From a virus (taxonomy: Duplodnaviria > Heunggongvirae > Uroviricota > Caudoviricetes), in the IMG/VR virus record IMGVR_UViG_3300046000_008568, positions 94,501 through 158,500 of that record: a DNA stretch of 64,000 bases; one strand, 5' to 3'. Of this stretch, positions 18,637 through 27,429 are shown in pieces. Made by a program: the position numbers and the translations under genes. The notes beneath the pieces were generated by a model. The model saw only the letters and a list, made by a program, of their open reading frames with translations. It had not been told where the DNA came from and made no database searches. Within the stretch, counting starts at the first letter, position 1. Every line of letters starts with the position of its first letter.

Positions 18637-19143
18637 ATGAGTAAGTACCAAAGAACACTGGTAATTGATTCAAGCTTTATGGCAAGATCCATTATCTCTA
18701 CCGAAAGAGCTTTCGTGATTTCGTATAAGGGTAATGCAGAAGTTATAGCTGAACATCCAGAAACATTCGGATTAGTAAATCCAAAACTAGAAATTTTTAA
18801 ACCTTCAATCATTAGGGTTTACAAATACGTAAAACAAAACATTCAAAAAGTTCCTCTAACAAGAGAGAATGTTTATCGAAGAGATAACTATGAATGTGTT
18901 TATTGTGGATCAAGTTATTTAAAATCACTAACTTTAGATCACGTTATTCCACAATCAAAAGGTGGAGCAAATGCTTGGGATAATTTAGTAACAGCATGTA
19001 GAAGTTGCAATTCACAAAAAGCAGATTTAACACTGGAGGAATATGGTAAAGAAATAGTAGAACCAAAAAGACCTCATTACTTAATGCTTATGAAACAACT
19101 AACATATGTTCCAAAAGAATGGGAAACATTTTTATTCTTTTAA
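18637..19143 (+). CDS. HNH homing-type endonuclease
   Basis: 168 aa; CVYCGSSY...LDHVIPQSKGG...WDNLVTACRSCNSQK is the classic HNH C-x2-C / H-N-H / C-x2-C pattern. Confidence 0.7.
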   Translation: MSKYQRTLVIDSSFMARSIISTERAFVISYKGNAEVIAEHPETFGLVNPKLEIFKPSIIRVYKYVKQNIQKVPLTRENVYRRDNYECVYCGSSYLKSLTLDHVIPQSKGGANAWDNLVTACRSCNSQKADLTLEEYGKEIVEPKRPHYLMLMKQLTYVPKEWETFLFF

Positions 19144-19190
19144 TTGGTTATTAAAAATATTGTTCGTATATTTAAGTATAATAAAGAGAT

Positions 19191-19376
19191 ATGAAAACCG
19201 AACAACAAATTAGAGAAAAGTACGAAGAGATGCTAAAGCATACAGAAGACTTGGATGATATGGTTCAAAACCCAAGTAAATATAGTGGTATTAATATTGA
19301 CAATATTCAAGATCATATAAAAGTAAGGGAAGAACAATATAAAATGAATACTCTGATTGAGTGGATTTTAAAATAA
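19191..19376 (+). CDS. hypothetical protein
   Basis: 61 aa ORF. Confidence 0.3.
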   Translation: MKTEQQIREKYEEMLKHTEDLDDMVQNPSKYSGINIDNIQDHIKVREEQYKMNTLIEWILK

Positions 19377-19453
19377 TAAATCACCTACTACATAACACGG
19401 CGCCAAATTAATTGTGACATGTACTGTCTGGAAGGTCAGGCTAGGTGATAAAT

Positions 19454-19523
19454 GGGCAGGATGGTTATGGAGACCGGCGGGATTGCAAACTCCGCAGAGT
19501 AAGTTCGATTCTTACCTTGCCCT
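19454..19523 (+). tRNA. tRNA-Cys (GCA)
   Basis: Acceptor GGGCAGG/CTTGCCC; anticodon loop TTGCAAA identical to canonical Cys; T-arm GTAAG-TTCGATT-CTTAC. Confidence 0.55.
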
Positions 19524-19618
19524 CATTTAAGGTTCGACCTTCTACCAAATGTGTTACACCCACAGATGGACATCGAGAGGGAGCTACCGATTGATAAGTG
19601 ACCGCACATGCGGTAAAT

Positions 19619-19692
19619 GCCCGAGTAGCCGAATTGGTATAGGCGCTAGACTTAGGATCTAGATTTTGCGAGTTCGAGTCTCGCCTTGGGTA
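19619..19692 (+). tRNA. tRNA with anticodon TAG (Leu codon CUA) but a short variable arm
   Basis: Anticodon stem CTAGA/TCTAG with loop CTTAGGA; variable arm ATTTT; T-arm GCGAG-TTCGAGT-CTCGC; acceptor GCCCGAG/CTTGGGT. Confidence 0.5.
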
Positions 19693-19851
19693 CGATAGTA
19701 GGACCGGGTTACCGGATATGGGTTCCTTAATTGGGCAGAAGGATTGGACGCCAAGCGCCTGGCCGCCTACAGATAAAATTAGAGTTAGCTTATAGTAAAG
19801 CAGCAGGGGCTAACCTGCAGAACGGATACGAAAACCGACTCTAATTTACTT

Positions 19852-19925
19852 GCTCTCGACGCACAAATGGTGGTGCACCGGATTTGTAACCCGGAATAGA
19901 GCCAGTTCGATCCTGGCCGAGAGCT
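19852..19925 (+). tRNA. tRNA-Thr (TGT)
   Basis: Acceptor GCTCTCG/CGAGAGC; D-arm GCAC..GTGC; anticodon loop TTTGTAA; T-arm GCCAG-TTCGATC-CTGGC. Confidence 0.6.
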
Positions 19926-19933
19926 CAATAATT

Positions 19934-20006
19934 GCGAATGTCGTATAACGGCTAATTATTCTTGACTTCCAATCAAGGGATGAGGGTTCGATTCCCTCCA
20001 TTCGCT
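19934..20006 (+). tRNA. tRNA-Gly (TCC)
   Basis: Acceptor GCGAATG/CATTCGC; anticodon stem CTTGA/TCAAG with loop CTTCCAA; T-arm GAGGG-TTCGATT-CCCTC. Confidence 0.65.
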
Positions 20007-20012
20007 CAAAAT

Positions 20013-20084
20013 GGCCCTATCGTCTATCGGTTAGGACACATGGTTTTCATCCATGAAAGTCGGGTTCGACTCCCGGTGGGGCTA
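20013..20084 (+). tRNA. tRNA-Glu (TTC)
   Basis: Anticodon stem CATGG/CCATG with loop TTTTCAT; T-arm TCGGG-TTCGACT-CCCGG. Confidence 0.6.
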
Positions 20085-20089
20085 CAATT

Positions 20090-20161
20090 GGGGCTATAGT
20101 ATAACGGCTATTACAATGGTTTTGCAAATCATAAATTGGAGTTCGATTCTCCATAGCTCCA
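20090..20161 (+). tRNA. tRNA-Ala (TGC)
   Basis: Acceptor GGGGCTA/TAGCTCC; anticodon stem ATGGT/ATCAT with loop TTTGCAA; T-arm TGGAG-TTCGATT-CTCCA. Confidence 0.6.
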
Positions 20162-20235
20162 CAAAATCGATCATAAGAGGATTGACCTATGAGGCTAATA
20201 GGTAAGTGATTGACAACTTGGAAAGACAGGTAACT

Positions 20236-20310
20236 GGTCCTATCGTTCAACGGCTAGGATGTAAGCTTGTCACGCTTATGATGAGGGTTCGATTCCCTCT
20301 AGGACCGCCA
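20236..20310 (+). tRNA. tRNA-Asp (GTC), with encoded 3' CCA
   Basis: Acceptor GGTCCTA/TAGGACC; anticodon stem TAAGC/GCTTA with loop TTGTCAC; T-arm GAGGG-TTCGATT-CCCTC; discriminator G followed by CCA. Confidence 0.65.
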
Positions 20311-20313
20311 TAT

Positions 20314-20387
20314 TGCGGGTTGGTAGAAGTTGGTATCTCGTGAGCCTCATAAGCTTAAGGTCGGGGGTTCGAGTCCCTCACCCGCTA
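20314..20387 (+). tRNA. tRNA-Met (CAT), with unpaired 1:72
   Basis: Anticodon stem TGAGC/GCTTA with loop CTCATAA; T-arm GGGGG-TTCGAGT-CCCTC; first acceptor base pair is a T-T mismatch. Confidence 0.5.
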
Positions 20388-20394
20388 CTAAATC

Positions 20395-20468
20395 GTCCTT
20401 TTAGCTCAGTTGGTCAGAGCAGCTCGCTCATAACGAGAAGGTCACAGGTTCGAGCCCTGTATAGGACA
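20395..20468 (+). tRNA. tRNA-Met or tRNA-Ile2 (CAT)
   Basis: D-arm GCTC-AGTTGGTCA-GAGC; anticodon loop CTCATAA; T-arm ACAGG-TTCGAGC-CCTGT. Confidence 0.55.
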
Positions 20469-20531
20469 CTAAATTTATTCAATATGAGGTCAATTCCTTC
20501 ATCTCCAATGTAGGTTAGCTATTGCTAACTT

Positions 20532-20765
20532 ATGACTCAAAAATTGAGAATTTGGAGAGTAGTCCCTACCAGTATGACTGGTGTTCAGGCTCCCACGTTT
20601 TTTGTAGAAACTACAGAAAATGGTAGAGAAGAAGCAGTAAGATCTGCAAACCTACAGGCTAGACAAAAATCTGGCTTGGGTAAGTTTAACCATTGGAATT
20701 TCGAATTGACTAAAATGAATGTCCGAGTTGACAGACATGGAAAGTATATTCGTCATCACCAATAA
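20532..20765 (+). CDS. hypothetical protein
   Basis: 77 aa ORF directly after the tRNA array, followed by a hairpin. Confidence 0.35.
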   Translation: MTQKLRIWRVVPTSMTGVQAPTFFVETTENGREEAVRSANLQARQKSGLGKFNHWNFELTKMNVRVDRHGKYIRHHQ

Positions 20766-20848
20766 GAAAGTATTTGAAGAGAGGTTTGGATACCTGAACC
20801 TTTCTTCTTATATTTAGATAAGAAATAAAAACAACAAAAATCATAGTT

Positions 20849-21760
20849 ATGAAAAATTCATTAGCATCAAAAGGGTTATCAATGTCACAAGCAGCATCAA
20901 TCTCTAACTTGTGTAATCAACGTTCAAAAGATATTACAGCACAATTAGCTGATATTAATAACGTTTCTAAAGAATTAGTAATAGGTACCGAAACCTATAT
21001 AGAAACTCAGGCTAATCCAATCCCCTTAAACGTAGTACAATTACTACAAGACAAAGCAAGATTATCTGCTACTCAAGCATTCTTGATGGAGAATATTAAG
21101 GCTAAGGATGAATTAATCAATAAAATCAAATACGAAGGATTCGAATATGATATAGAGGTTCCAATACGCCCTACAATCATCTCAGAAACACTTCCAAGTC
21201 AAGTGGATGAAGATTTTGGTTGGGATACTTTAACCACAGCCGAGTACAATGAATTCATAGAAGCAGAGGCTTATGCTTCACATATTGGACAATTTATCCA
21301 TAAAGGAGGTAAATTAGATAAGTTGAGAGCAGAACTTCCTACCATTAAAACTTTAGAGTTTATGGAAATTGAAGTAGGAAAGAAAACTCCTATGAAAGTA
21401 TCTATTCACCATACACCTGAGCAATTGCTTATAATTCACGAAGAGTTAGCAGCACTTCATAGAGGGTATGAGCAAAAAGTAAATTACTTTAAATCTAAAG
21501 TAAAAAATGCTACTACCTCTGAGAACGCTAGAGTTCAGAAAGAAAGAGGTGAGATCCAAGCAAGAGTAAATCAACAAAATGCAGATCTAGCAAATGCTTA
21601 TAAATTAGCATATGAGCAATGGACGGCTGAGCAACGTAAAGCTCAACACGATTTTGAAGAAAAACGTCAAAATAAAATTCAAGATGCTGTTAATTTAAAA
21701 ATTGAAGTAGCAGAAAGATTCCAAGACGTAGTAAATGAATTCTTGAATCAATTAAAATAA
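20849..21760 (+). CDS. hypothetical protein
   Basis: 303 aa ORF with phage-like composition. Confidence 0.5.
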   Translation: MKNSLASKGLSMSQAASISNLCNQRSKDITAQLADINNVSKELVIGTETYIETQANPIPLNVVQLLQDKARLSATQAFLMENIKAKDELINKIKYEGFEYDIEVPIRPTIISETLPSQVDEDFGWDTLTTAEYNEFIEAEAYASHIGQFIHKGGKLDKLRAELPTIKTLEFMEIEVGKKTPMKVSIHHTPEQLLIIHEELAALHRGYEQKVNYFKSKVKNATTSENARVQKERGEIQARVNQQNADLANAYKLAYEQWTAEQRKAQHDFEEKRQNKIQDAVNLKIEVAERFQDVVNEFLNQLK

Positions 21761-22146
21761 TTTGGTGCTAAGAAGGTAAGCACAAGCTGATCCTTTAGAG
21801 CTTTATGCTGGGGTAGTGGAGTTTTAAAAAAACTATATAAAAATGACTTTTAATCATTCTATGACAGACATAAATGGCCCCGTGCCCTTTGTAAACCGCT
21901 TCCCTACAAACTTAAACCCAAACTGAGATAGAACTCAACAGCTAGACAGGTTACATCCCATAATGGGTGATTGGTTAGCGAAACTGAGACTTAGTTTTTG
22001 TCCTTGCCCTTGTGGTAGTGGAAGGTTTTTGACTTTGATTTTGCATTTGACCTAGTCTATATGCTTTACACCCCAGTAACAAAATAATTAATAAAAAGCT
22101 TGCTTATGCAGGCTTTTATTTGTATATTTATAAAAAATTTAAAAGT

Positions 22147-22224
22147 TATGAAACAGATTAAAACATTTGCAATTACATTTGTAGCAATGCTAATACTAAT
22201 GATTATTGTAGTAAATTTAAGATA
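22147..22224 (+). CDS. tiny hydrophobic peptide (25 aa), not in ORF track
   Basis: MKQIKTFAITFVAMLILMIIVVNLR, a single TM helix. Confidence 0.25.
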
Positions 22225-22226
22225 AC

Positions 22227-22346
22227 ATGGAAACATATTTAGAATTTTTAGCAGTAACGCTAATGACATCAACTACCTTAGGGGTAGTTATTATAATAGT
22301 AGCAGGAGGTTATATGATTTACAAATATATTAAAGAAGAGTATTAA
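22227..22346 (+). CDS. tiny hydrophobic peptide (39 aa), not in ORF track
   Basis: METYLEFLAVTLMTSTTLGVVIIIVAGGYMIYKYIKEEY; its stop overlaps the start of the next gene (TAATG). Confidence 0.3.
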   Translation: METYLEFLAVTLMTSTTLGVVIIIVAGGYMIYKYIKEEY

Positions 22347-22963
22347 TGGAAGATTTTTTTGAAGAATTAAGCAACAGACCAAGACCAAACTTCTTTAGAA
22401 GAATATATCTTTGGTGGGAACATGACGGAAAGTATTACTATAAGTACTTTAAACAAGGAGTAAAAAACATTTGGTACTGGTTTCCAGTTATCTGGAAAGA
22501 TAGAGATTGGGATGGACATTATATTTTTGAAATACTACAGCATAAATTAACAGCACAAGCCAATTATATTGGTAGAAGAGATTTTCATACTAGAGCACAA
22601 CAAGATGCTCGTAGAATGAGACTATGTGTTAAGTTGATTAAAAAAGTACAAGAAGAAGACTATACAATGGAGTACATGGATTATCATAAAGACAGAGTAT
22701 GGTTTACAGATGTTGAAGACAGACCAGGAAATTCTTTATATAATTCGGAAGAGGTATGGGAAAAGTATGATGATTATTTTGCTAAATATCCTTTAGTTTA
22801 TAAAAAGGTATTAAAAGGTGAAGGAGTATTTACTTTGGATGGTAAAAATGAAGCTGATATGAAAAGAGTTATAGCAATGAATATTGCACATTTGAATCAC
22901 GATCGAGCAAGAAAATTGCTATTTAAAATAATGGAAGAAAATATAGAAGGATGGTGGGATTAG
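22346..22963 (+). CDS. hypothetical protein
   Basis: 205 aa ORF. Confidence 0.45.
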   Translation: MEDFFEELSNRPRPNFFRRIYLWWEHDGKYYYKYFKQGVKNIWYWFPVIWKDRDWDGHYIFEILQHKLTAQANYIGRRDFHTRAQQDARRMRLCVKLIKKVQEEDYTMEYMDYHKDRVWFTDVEDRPGNSLYNSEEVWEKYDDYFAKYPLVYKKVLKGEGVFTLDGKNEADMKRVIAMNIAHLNHDRARKLLFKIMEENIEGWWD

Positions 22964-23062
22964 TATGTGGTATAATGGGACTGCTAGTTGCAGTCGCAGT
23001 ATGGGTAGAAGGGATTGATTCTATGAATAAAAATTATCCTGACTATAAAGGAGAAGAATTGT

Positions 23063-23503
23063 TTGGAGAAGACGAAGAAAAAAAAGAAAAAGATGAGCAA
23101 GATTAAAATATACTTAGATGATGTAAGAACACCAGTTGATCCATCTTGGACTGTAGTAAGAAACTACGAACAATTTGTTGATACTGTTACTTATATTAGG
23201 TTGGAAAACATAGATGTAATCTCTTTAGATCACGATTTAGGTGATTCAGCAATGGCTGAATGGCATAAGAATGTTTACCATAATTACGAATTAAATTATG
23301 ATAATATTACAGAGAAGACTGGAATGGATTGCACAAAATGGTTGGTTAATCAATGGTTGGATGGAGCTTGTGTTGTTGATGTTGTAATACATTCGGCAAA
23401 TGCCGTTGGTAGTGCAAATATGATGGGATATATAAACAACTACAGGCATATTCATAGATTACCTCAAAACTGTGTAAGAGTACAAATTGAACATACAGTA
23501 TGA
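23063..23503 (+). CDS. hypothetical protein
   Basis: 146 aa; an alternative ATG at 23093 follows a Lys run. Confidence 0.4.
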   Translation: MEKTKKKKKKMSKIKIYLDDVRTPVDPSWTVVRNYEQFVDTVTYIRLENIDVISLDHDLGDSAMAEWHKNVYHNYELNYDNITEKTGMDCTKWLVNQWLDGACVVDVVIHSANAVGSANMMGYINNYRHIHRLPQNCVRVQIEHTV

Positions 23504-24051
23504 AAGTAATATTTCTAGATAATGACGGAGTAATCTGCCTAGCCAATAATTGGGGTAGTAGATTTAAAAAGCAGACAAAAAGCATAGCTAAAACTGTTGC
23601 TGACAAAGATCTACCTGTTGAACTTCGTTTTGATAACTTTGACCAAAAAGCAATTAAAGTACTAAATCAAATCCTAGAAGAAACAGGAGCAGAAATAGTA
23701 ATATCCTCAGATTGGAGAACATGGGCTACATTAGAGGAATTAGGAGAGTTTTATTTATCACAAGGGATAATAAAAAAACCAATAGCACTTACTCCGTTAT
23801 TGAAAAACTTTGATGATAGTGCTTTTCAATTATTTTGGTATAAAAGGTGGTTGGAGAAAATTAGAATCTTAGAAATCCAAGAATGGTTAGAAAATAATCA
23901 AGTTGATAAATGGGTAGCTATTGATGATTTAAACATGAGTCTACAATTTAATGGAGGTTATGGATTAGAGAATTTTGTTTTAACTCCTCGTTCAACTGAA
24001 GGAATAAAACAGTCAGGAATAAAAGAACAAATACTACAATATTTAGAATAA
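23500..24051 (+). CDS. HAD-superfamily phosphatase (candidate polynucleotide 3'-phosphatase)
   Basis: N-terminal FLDNDGVI matches the HAD motif I DxDG(T/V); ATGA overlap. Confidence 0.4.
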   Translation: MKVIFLDNDGVICLANNWGSRFKKQTKSIAKTVADKDLPVELRFDNFDQKAIKVLNQILEETGAEIVISSDWRTWATLEELGEFYLSQGIIKKPIALTPLLKNFDDSAFQLFWYKRWLEKIRILEIQEWLENNQVDKWVAIDDLNMSLQFNGGYGLENFVLTPRSTEGIKQSGIKEQILQYLE

Positions 24052-24146
24052 AATGAAATATTTTCTAATTTGGGTAGGGTATGAATTTATAAGACCAAAA
24101 TTTATTTGGTTGTGGTATTATTTAATAAAAAAAGGATCAGAATAAA

Positions 24147-24863
24147 GTGAGAATAACAGTATTATCAGACACACATACAAGACATGGATTAATTCCTATG
24201 GAAGATCTACCAGGTGGAGATTTATTACTCCATGCTGGAGATTTAATGAACTCAGGGTATAATAAACATGATATTCATAGTTTCTGTACCTGGTTTCAAT
24301 CATTGAAACAATATGAAGATAAAGTATTCATAGCAGGTAATCACGATCGTTTATTTGAAAATGAACCACATGAAGTAGAAGGATACTTAAAAGATTATCC
24401 GCTAATCGATTACCTTCAAGATGCTGAGTTAGTTTTGTATGGAGATGGTCCAAATGGAGATATGCCTGAAAATAACATTCGCATTTACGGATCACCTTGG
24501 CAACCGGAATTCTATTCTTGGGCATTCAATTTACCAAAAAATGGAATTGAAATAGCAGGTAAGTGGGAAGGTATTCCTAACAACACAGACATTCTTATCA
24601 CACATGGTCCTGCATTTGGAACTTTAGATACAGTAGCAGGAAGACCTTGGGACGGATTAGGATGCGAGTTATTAGCTCAAAGAATTGAAGTCGTAAAACC
24701 AAAAATTCACATCTGTGGTCACATTCATTCAGGATATGGTTATGAGTTTAAAGATGGTACTCACTTCTTCAATGCATCAGTATTGGACGAGGCTTACGAA
24801 TACACTCAAAAACCAATGACGTTTGATTGGGATAAAGAAACAAATACAATAAATTTCATTTAA
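24147..24863 (+). CDS. calcineurin-like metallophosphoesterase
   Basis: GTG start; VLSDTH, GDL, GNHD, ITHGP, CGHIH metal-binding motifs. Confidence 0.6.
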   Translation: MRITVLSDTHTRHGLIPMEDLPGGDLLLHAGDLMNSGYNKHDIHSFCTWFQSLKQYEDKVFIAGNHDRLFENEPHEVEGYLKDYPLIDYLQDAELVLYGDGPNGDMPENNIRIYGSPWQPEFYSWAFNLPKNGIEIAGKWEGIPNNTDILITHGPAFGTLDTVAGRPWDGLGCELLAQRIEVVKPKIHICGHIHSGYGYEFKDGTHFFNASVLDEAYEYTQKPMTFDWDKETNTINFI

Positions 24864-24921
24864 AATTAGGCTTATAAGTATATAGGTTGTAATTTTATAA
24901 AAGATTTAAAAATATAAGGTT

Positions 24922-25572
24922 ATGAGAATTACATTAGAAAAAGGACAAAGATTGTTCTTCACATCAGACACACATTACGCTCACTCAAACATTTGTAGTG
25001 CTACTACAAACTGGTCTGTGAACGATGGATACGCTCGTACATTCAATTCACTTGATCATATGAATGCTACTCTAATTAATAACATTAATTGTATGGTTGG
25101 TGAAGATGATATCTTAATTCACTTAGGAGATTGGTCATTTGGAGGATTTGATAAAGTACAAGAATTTAGAGATAGAATACTTTGTAAAAATATTCACTTG
25201 ATATTTGGAAATCACGATCACCACATTGAAAGAAACAAAGAAGGTATCCAATCATTATTTTCTTCAGTACAAAACTACTTGAGATTAGAAGTAAAAAGAC
25301 CAATCAATAAAGCAACAACTGAAAAGTTTACTTTCGTTTGTATGCACTATCCAATTGCGTCCTGGCATGATATGAACCAAGGAGTAATTCACTTACATGG
25401 TCACGTTCATCTACCACCACATCTAAGATTAGCAGATGGTAAAGCAATGGATGTTGGAGTAGATGGAAACGGTTTAGAGCCTTTATCAATGAATGAGATA
25501 TTATCGATAATGAAAGATCGTCCAATTAAAAAATTAGCCTTACCAAAGGATCACCATGAGCAAAGAATCTAA
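24922..25572 (+). CDS. metallophosphoesterase (second copy)
   Basis: TSDTHYAH, HLGDW, GNHDHH, HGHVH motifs. Confidence 0.55.
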   Translation: MRITLEKGQRLFFTSDTHYAHSNICSATTNWSVNDGYARTFNSLDHMNATLINNINCMVGEDDILIHLGDWSFGGFDKVQEFRDRILCKNIHLIFGNHDHHIERNKEGIQSLFSSVQNYLRLEVKRPINKATTEKFTFVCMHYPIASWHDMNQGVIHLHGHVHLPPHLRLADGKAMDVGVDGNGLEPLSMNEILSIMKDRPIKKLALPKDHHEQRI

Positions 25573-25822
25573 TATAAAATATGGAATAATTTTTACAAGT
25601 GCTTTAATTATAGAGATTTGTTCAACGTTCTATATTCGCTTTACAGCAGAAGCCAATACAATGGGGATGGTATTCTTTGCTTTTATTGGCCCGTTTTTAG
25701 CTTTACCATTTGCAGGTTATATGGTAGAATCTAAATTTTGGAATGAACGTATAAGAATGGCTTTTGCTTTAGCATTAGGTTACGCTCTTGGAGCATTAGT
25801 AGTTAATATTATAAAAATATAA
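25556..25822 (+). CDS. small membrane protein
   Basis: 88 aa with 3 predicted TM helices. Confidence 0.35.
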   Translation: MSKESNIKYGIIFTSALIIEICSTFYIRFTAEANTMGMVFFAFIGPFLALPFAGYMVESKFWNERIRMAFALALGYALGALVVNIIKI

Positions 25823-25825
25823 GAT

Positions 25826-26209
25826 ATGAAAGAGTTATTTTTATTAAGAGGATTACCTGGATCAGGAAAATCAACATTGGCAGAATCATTAGGAAATATG
25901 ACTATAGAAGCAGACCAATATTTTACATATAATGGTAAGTATGAATTTGATGCCTCTAAATTAAAAGATGCACATGCTTGGTGTCAAAATACTGCGAAAG
26001 TTTGGATGACAAATGATGTTAAGAAAATAATAGTATCAAATACATTTACTCAGACTTGGGAAATGGACTACTACTTTGACTTAGCAGAAAAGTACGGATA
26101 CAGAGTTTATTCTTTGATTGTAGAAAATAGACATGGAGGAGTAAATGAGCATGGAGTACCAGAAGAGAAATTAGTACAAATGAAAGATAGATTTGAAATA
26201 AAATTATAA
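25826..26209 (+). CDS. P-loop kinase (polynucleotide 5'-kinase-like)
   Basis: LLRGLPGSGKST Walker A at the N-terminus; 127 aa; sits immediately upstream of the RNA ligase. Confidence 0.5.
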   Translation: MKELFLLRGLPGSGKSTLAESLGNMTIEADQYFTYNGKYEFDASKLKDAHAWCQNTAKVWMTNDVKKIIVSNTFTQTWEMDYYFDLAEKYGYRVYSLIVENRHGGVNEHGVPEEKLVQMKDRFEIKL

Positions 26210-26212
26210 AAA

Positions 26213-27358
26213 ATGGAAAACAATAATTCAGTTTGCTTTATAGCAAAAATAAATGAAGTAAAAGCAATCGAAGGTGCTGATAACATCGAACTTGTAATCG
26301 CAGGTGGATGGAATGCTATCACTAGAAAAGGAGAATTTAAAGTAGGTGATGAGACAATCATTGCAACTACTGATGCAGTTATACCAGAAAAACTTTCTGA
26401 AGAAATGGGAGTTACTTCTTACCTAAGAAAAGGAGGTAGAGTAAGAACTGTAAAACTAAGAGGAGTTTATTCTGAATGTTTAATCATTCCAATGAAATAC
26501 CTTAGTGGTAAAACCACTATGGGTGACTTTGATTTGAAAGAAGGAAGCGACTGTATGGAGTTCTTAGGAATTATCAAATACGAACCACCAGTTAAACAAA
26601 TTCAACTTGCTTCAGGTAGAAAGATTAAATGGAGAGACAATCAGAACTTCCATATCTATTACAAATTCCCAAACCTTAAAAACGTTGAAGGAATGTTTAC
26701 ACCAGAAGATACAGTAGAGATTTCTCGTAAGATTCATGGTACAAATGCTAGATACGGTATTGTAAAAAAATCTAAATTGTCATTCTGGGATAAAGTAAAA
26801 AAATTCTTTAGACTAGCTGATAAGTGGATTGACTATGAATACATTTACGGTTCACATAATTGTGAGAAAGGATCTGACTCTCAAGGATTTTATTCTGAAG
26901 ATGTTTGGAAAACAATAGCTGAGAAGTATGATATTAAAGCTAAGCTTTGGGATGAAGTTAAAAATGGAGTAGCTAGTCTTGTAGATATTGGAAGTGGATT
27001 TGTAATCTATGGAGAAATTTATGGAGCAGGTATTCAAAAGAACTATGACTATGGATTAGATGATATTAGATTTATAGGATTTGATACAACTATTAGAGGT
27101 GCTTACAACTCACCAGCTGGTACTTTCGGTACATTTCATTCACTAGACTTACCTTATATTGAAGTACTTTATTTTGGACTTTGGAATCAAGAAGTACAGG
27201 ATAGGTTTACATTTAACAACTTCATTGAAGGAACAAAAGTACCACATGAAGGAATTGTAATTAAACATTCATCAGGTGATAGAAAGAAAGTAGCAAAGGT
27301 AATCAATCCCGACTATTTGATCTACGGAGAGAAGAATGATGTAGGAGATTCACATTAA
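26213..27358 (+). CDS. Rnl2-family RNA ligase
   Basis: RKIHGTN (motif I, cf. T4 Rnl2 EKIHGTN), IYGEIYGAGIQKNYDY (cf. T4 VFGEFAGPGIQKNVDY), EGIVIK, KVINPDY. Confidence 0.75.
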   Translation: MENNNSVCFIAKINEVKAIEGADNIELVIAGGWNAITRKGEFKVGDETIIATTDAVIPEKLSEEMGVTSYLRKGGRVRTVKLRGVYSECLIIPMKYLSGKTTMGDFDLKEGSDCMEFLGIIKYEPPVKQIQLASGRKIKWRDNQNFHIYYKFPNLKNVEGMFTPEDTVEISRKIHGTNARYGIVKKSKLSFWDKVKKFFRLADKWIDYEYIYGSHNCEKGSDSQGFYSEDVWKTIAEKYDIKAKLWDEVKNGVASLVDIGSGFVIYGEIYGAGIQKNYDYGLDDIRFIGFDTTIRGAYNSPAGTFGTFHSLDLPYIEVLYFGLWNQEVQDRFTFNNFIEGTKVPHEGIVIKHSSGDRKKVAKVINPDYLIYGEKNDVGDSH

Positions 27359-27373
27359 AATAATTGATAAAAG

Positions 27374-27400
27374 GCTTGTTTACACGAGCCTTTCTTCGTA
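27374..27400 (+). terminator. hairpin terminator
   Basis: AAGGCT-TGTTTACACG-AGCCTT followed by a T-rich tail; same architecture as the one at 32460. Confidence 0.4.
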
Positions 27401-27429
27401 ATTTTATATCAAAGTTAAAAATAAAAGTT

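Noticed and set aside
20047-20513. Track ORFs 20047-20250 (-) and 20313-20513 (+)
   Set aside because: They span the Glu, Ala, Asp and Met tRNAs.
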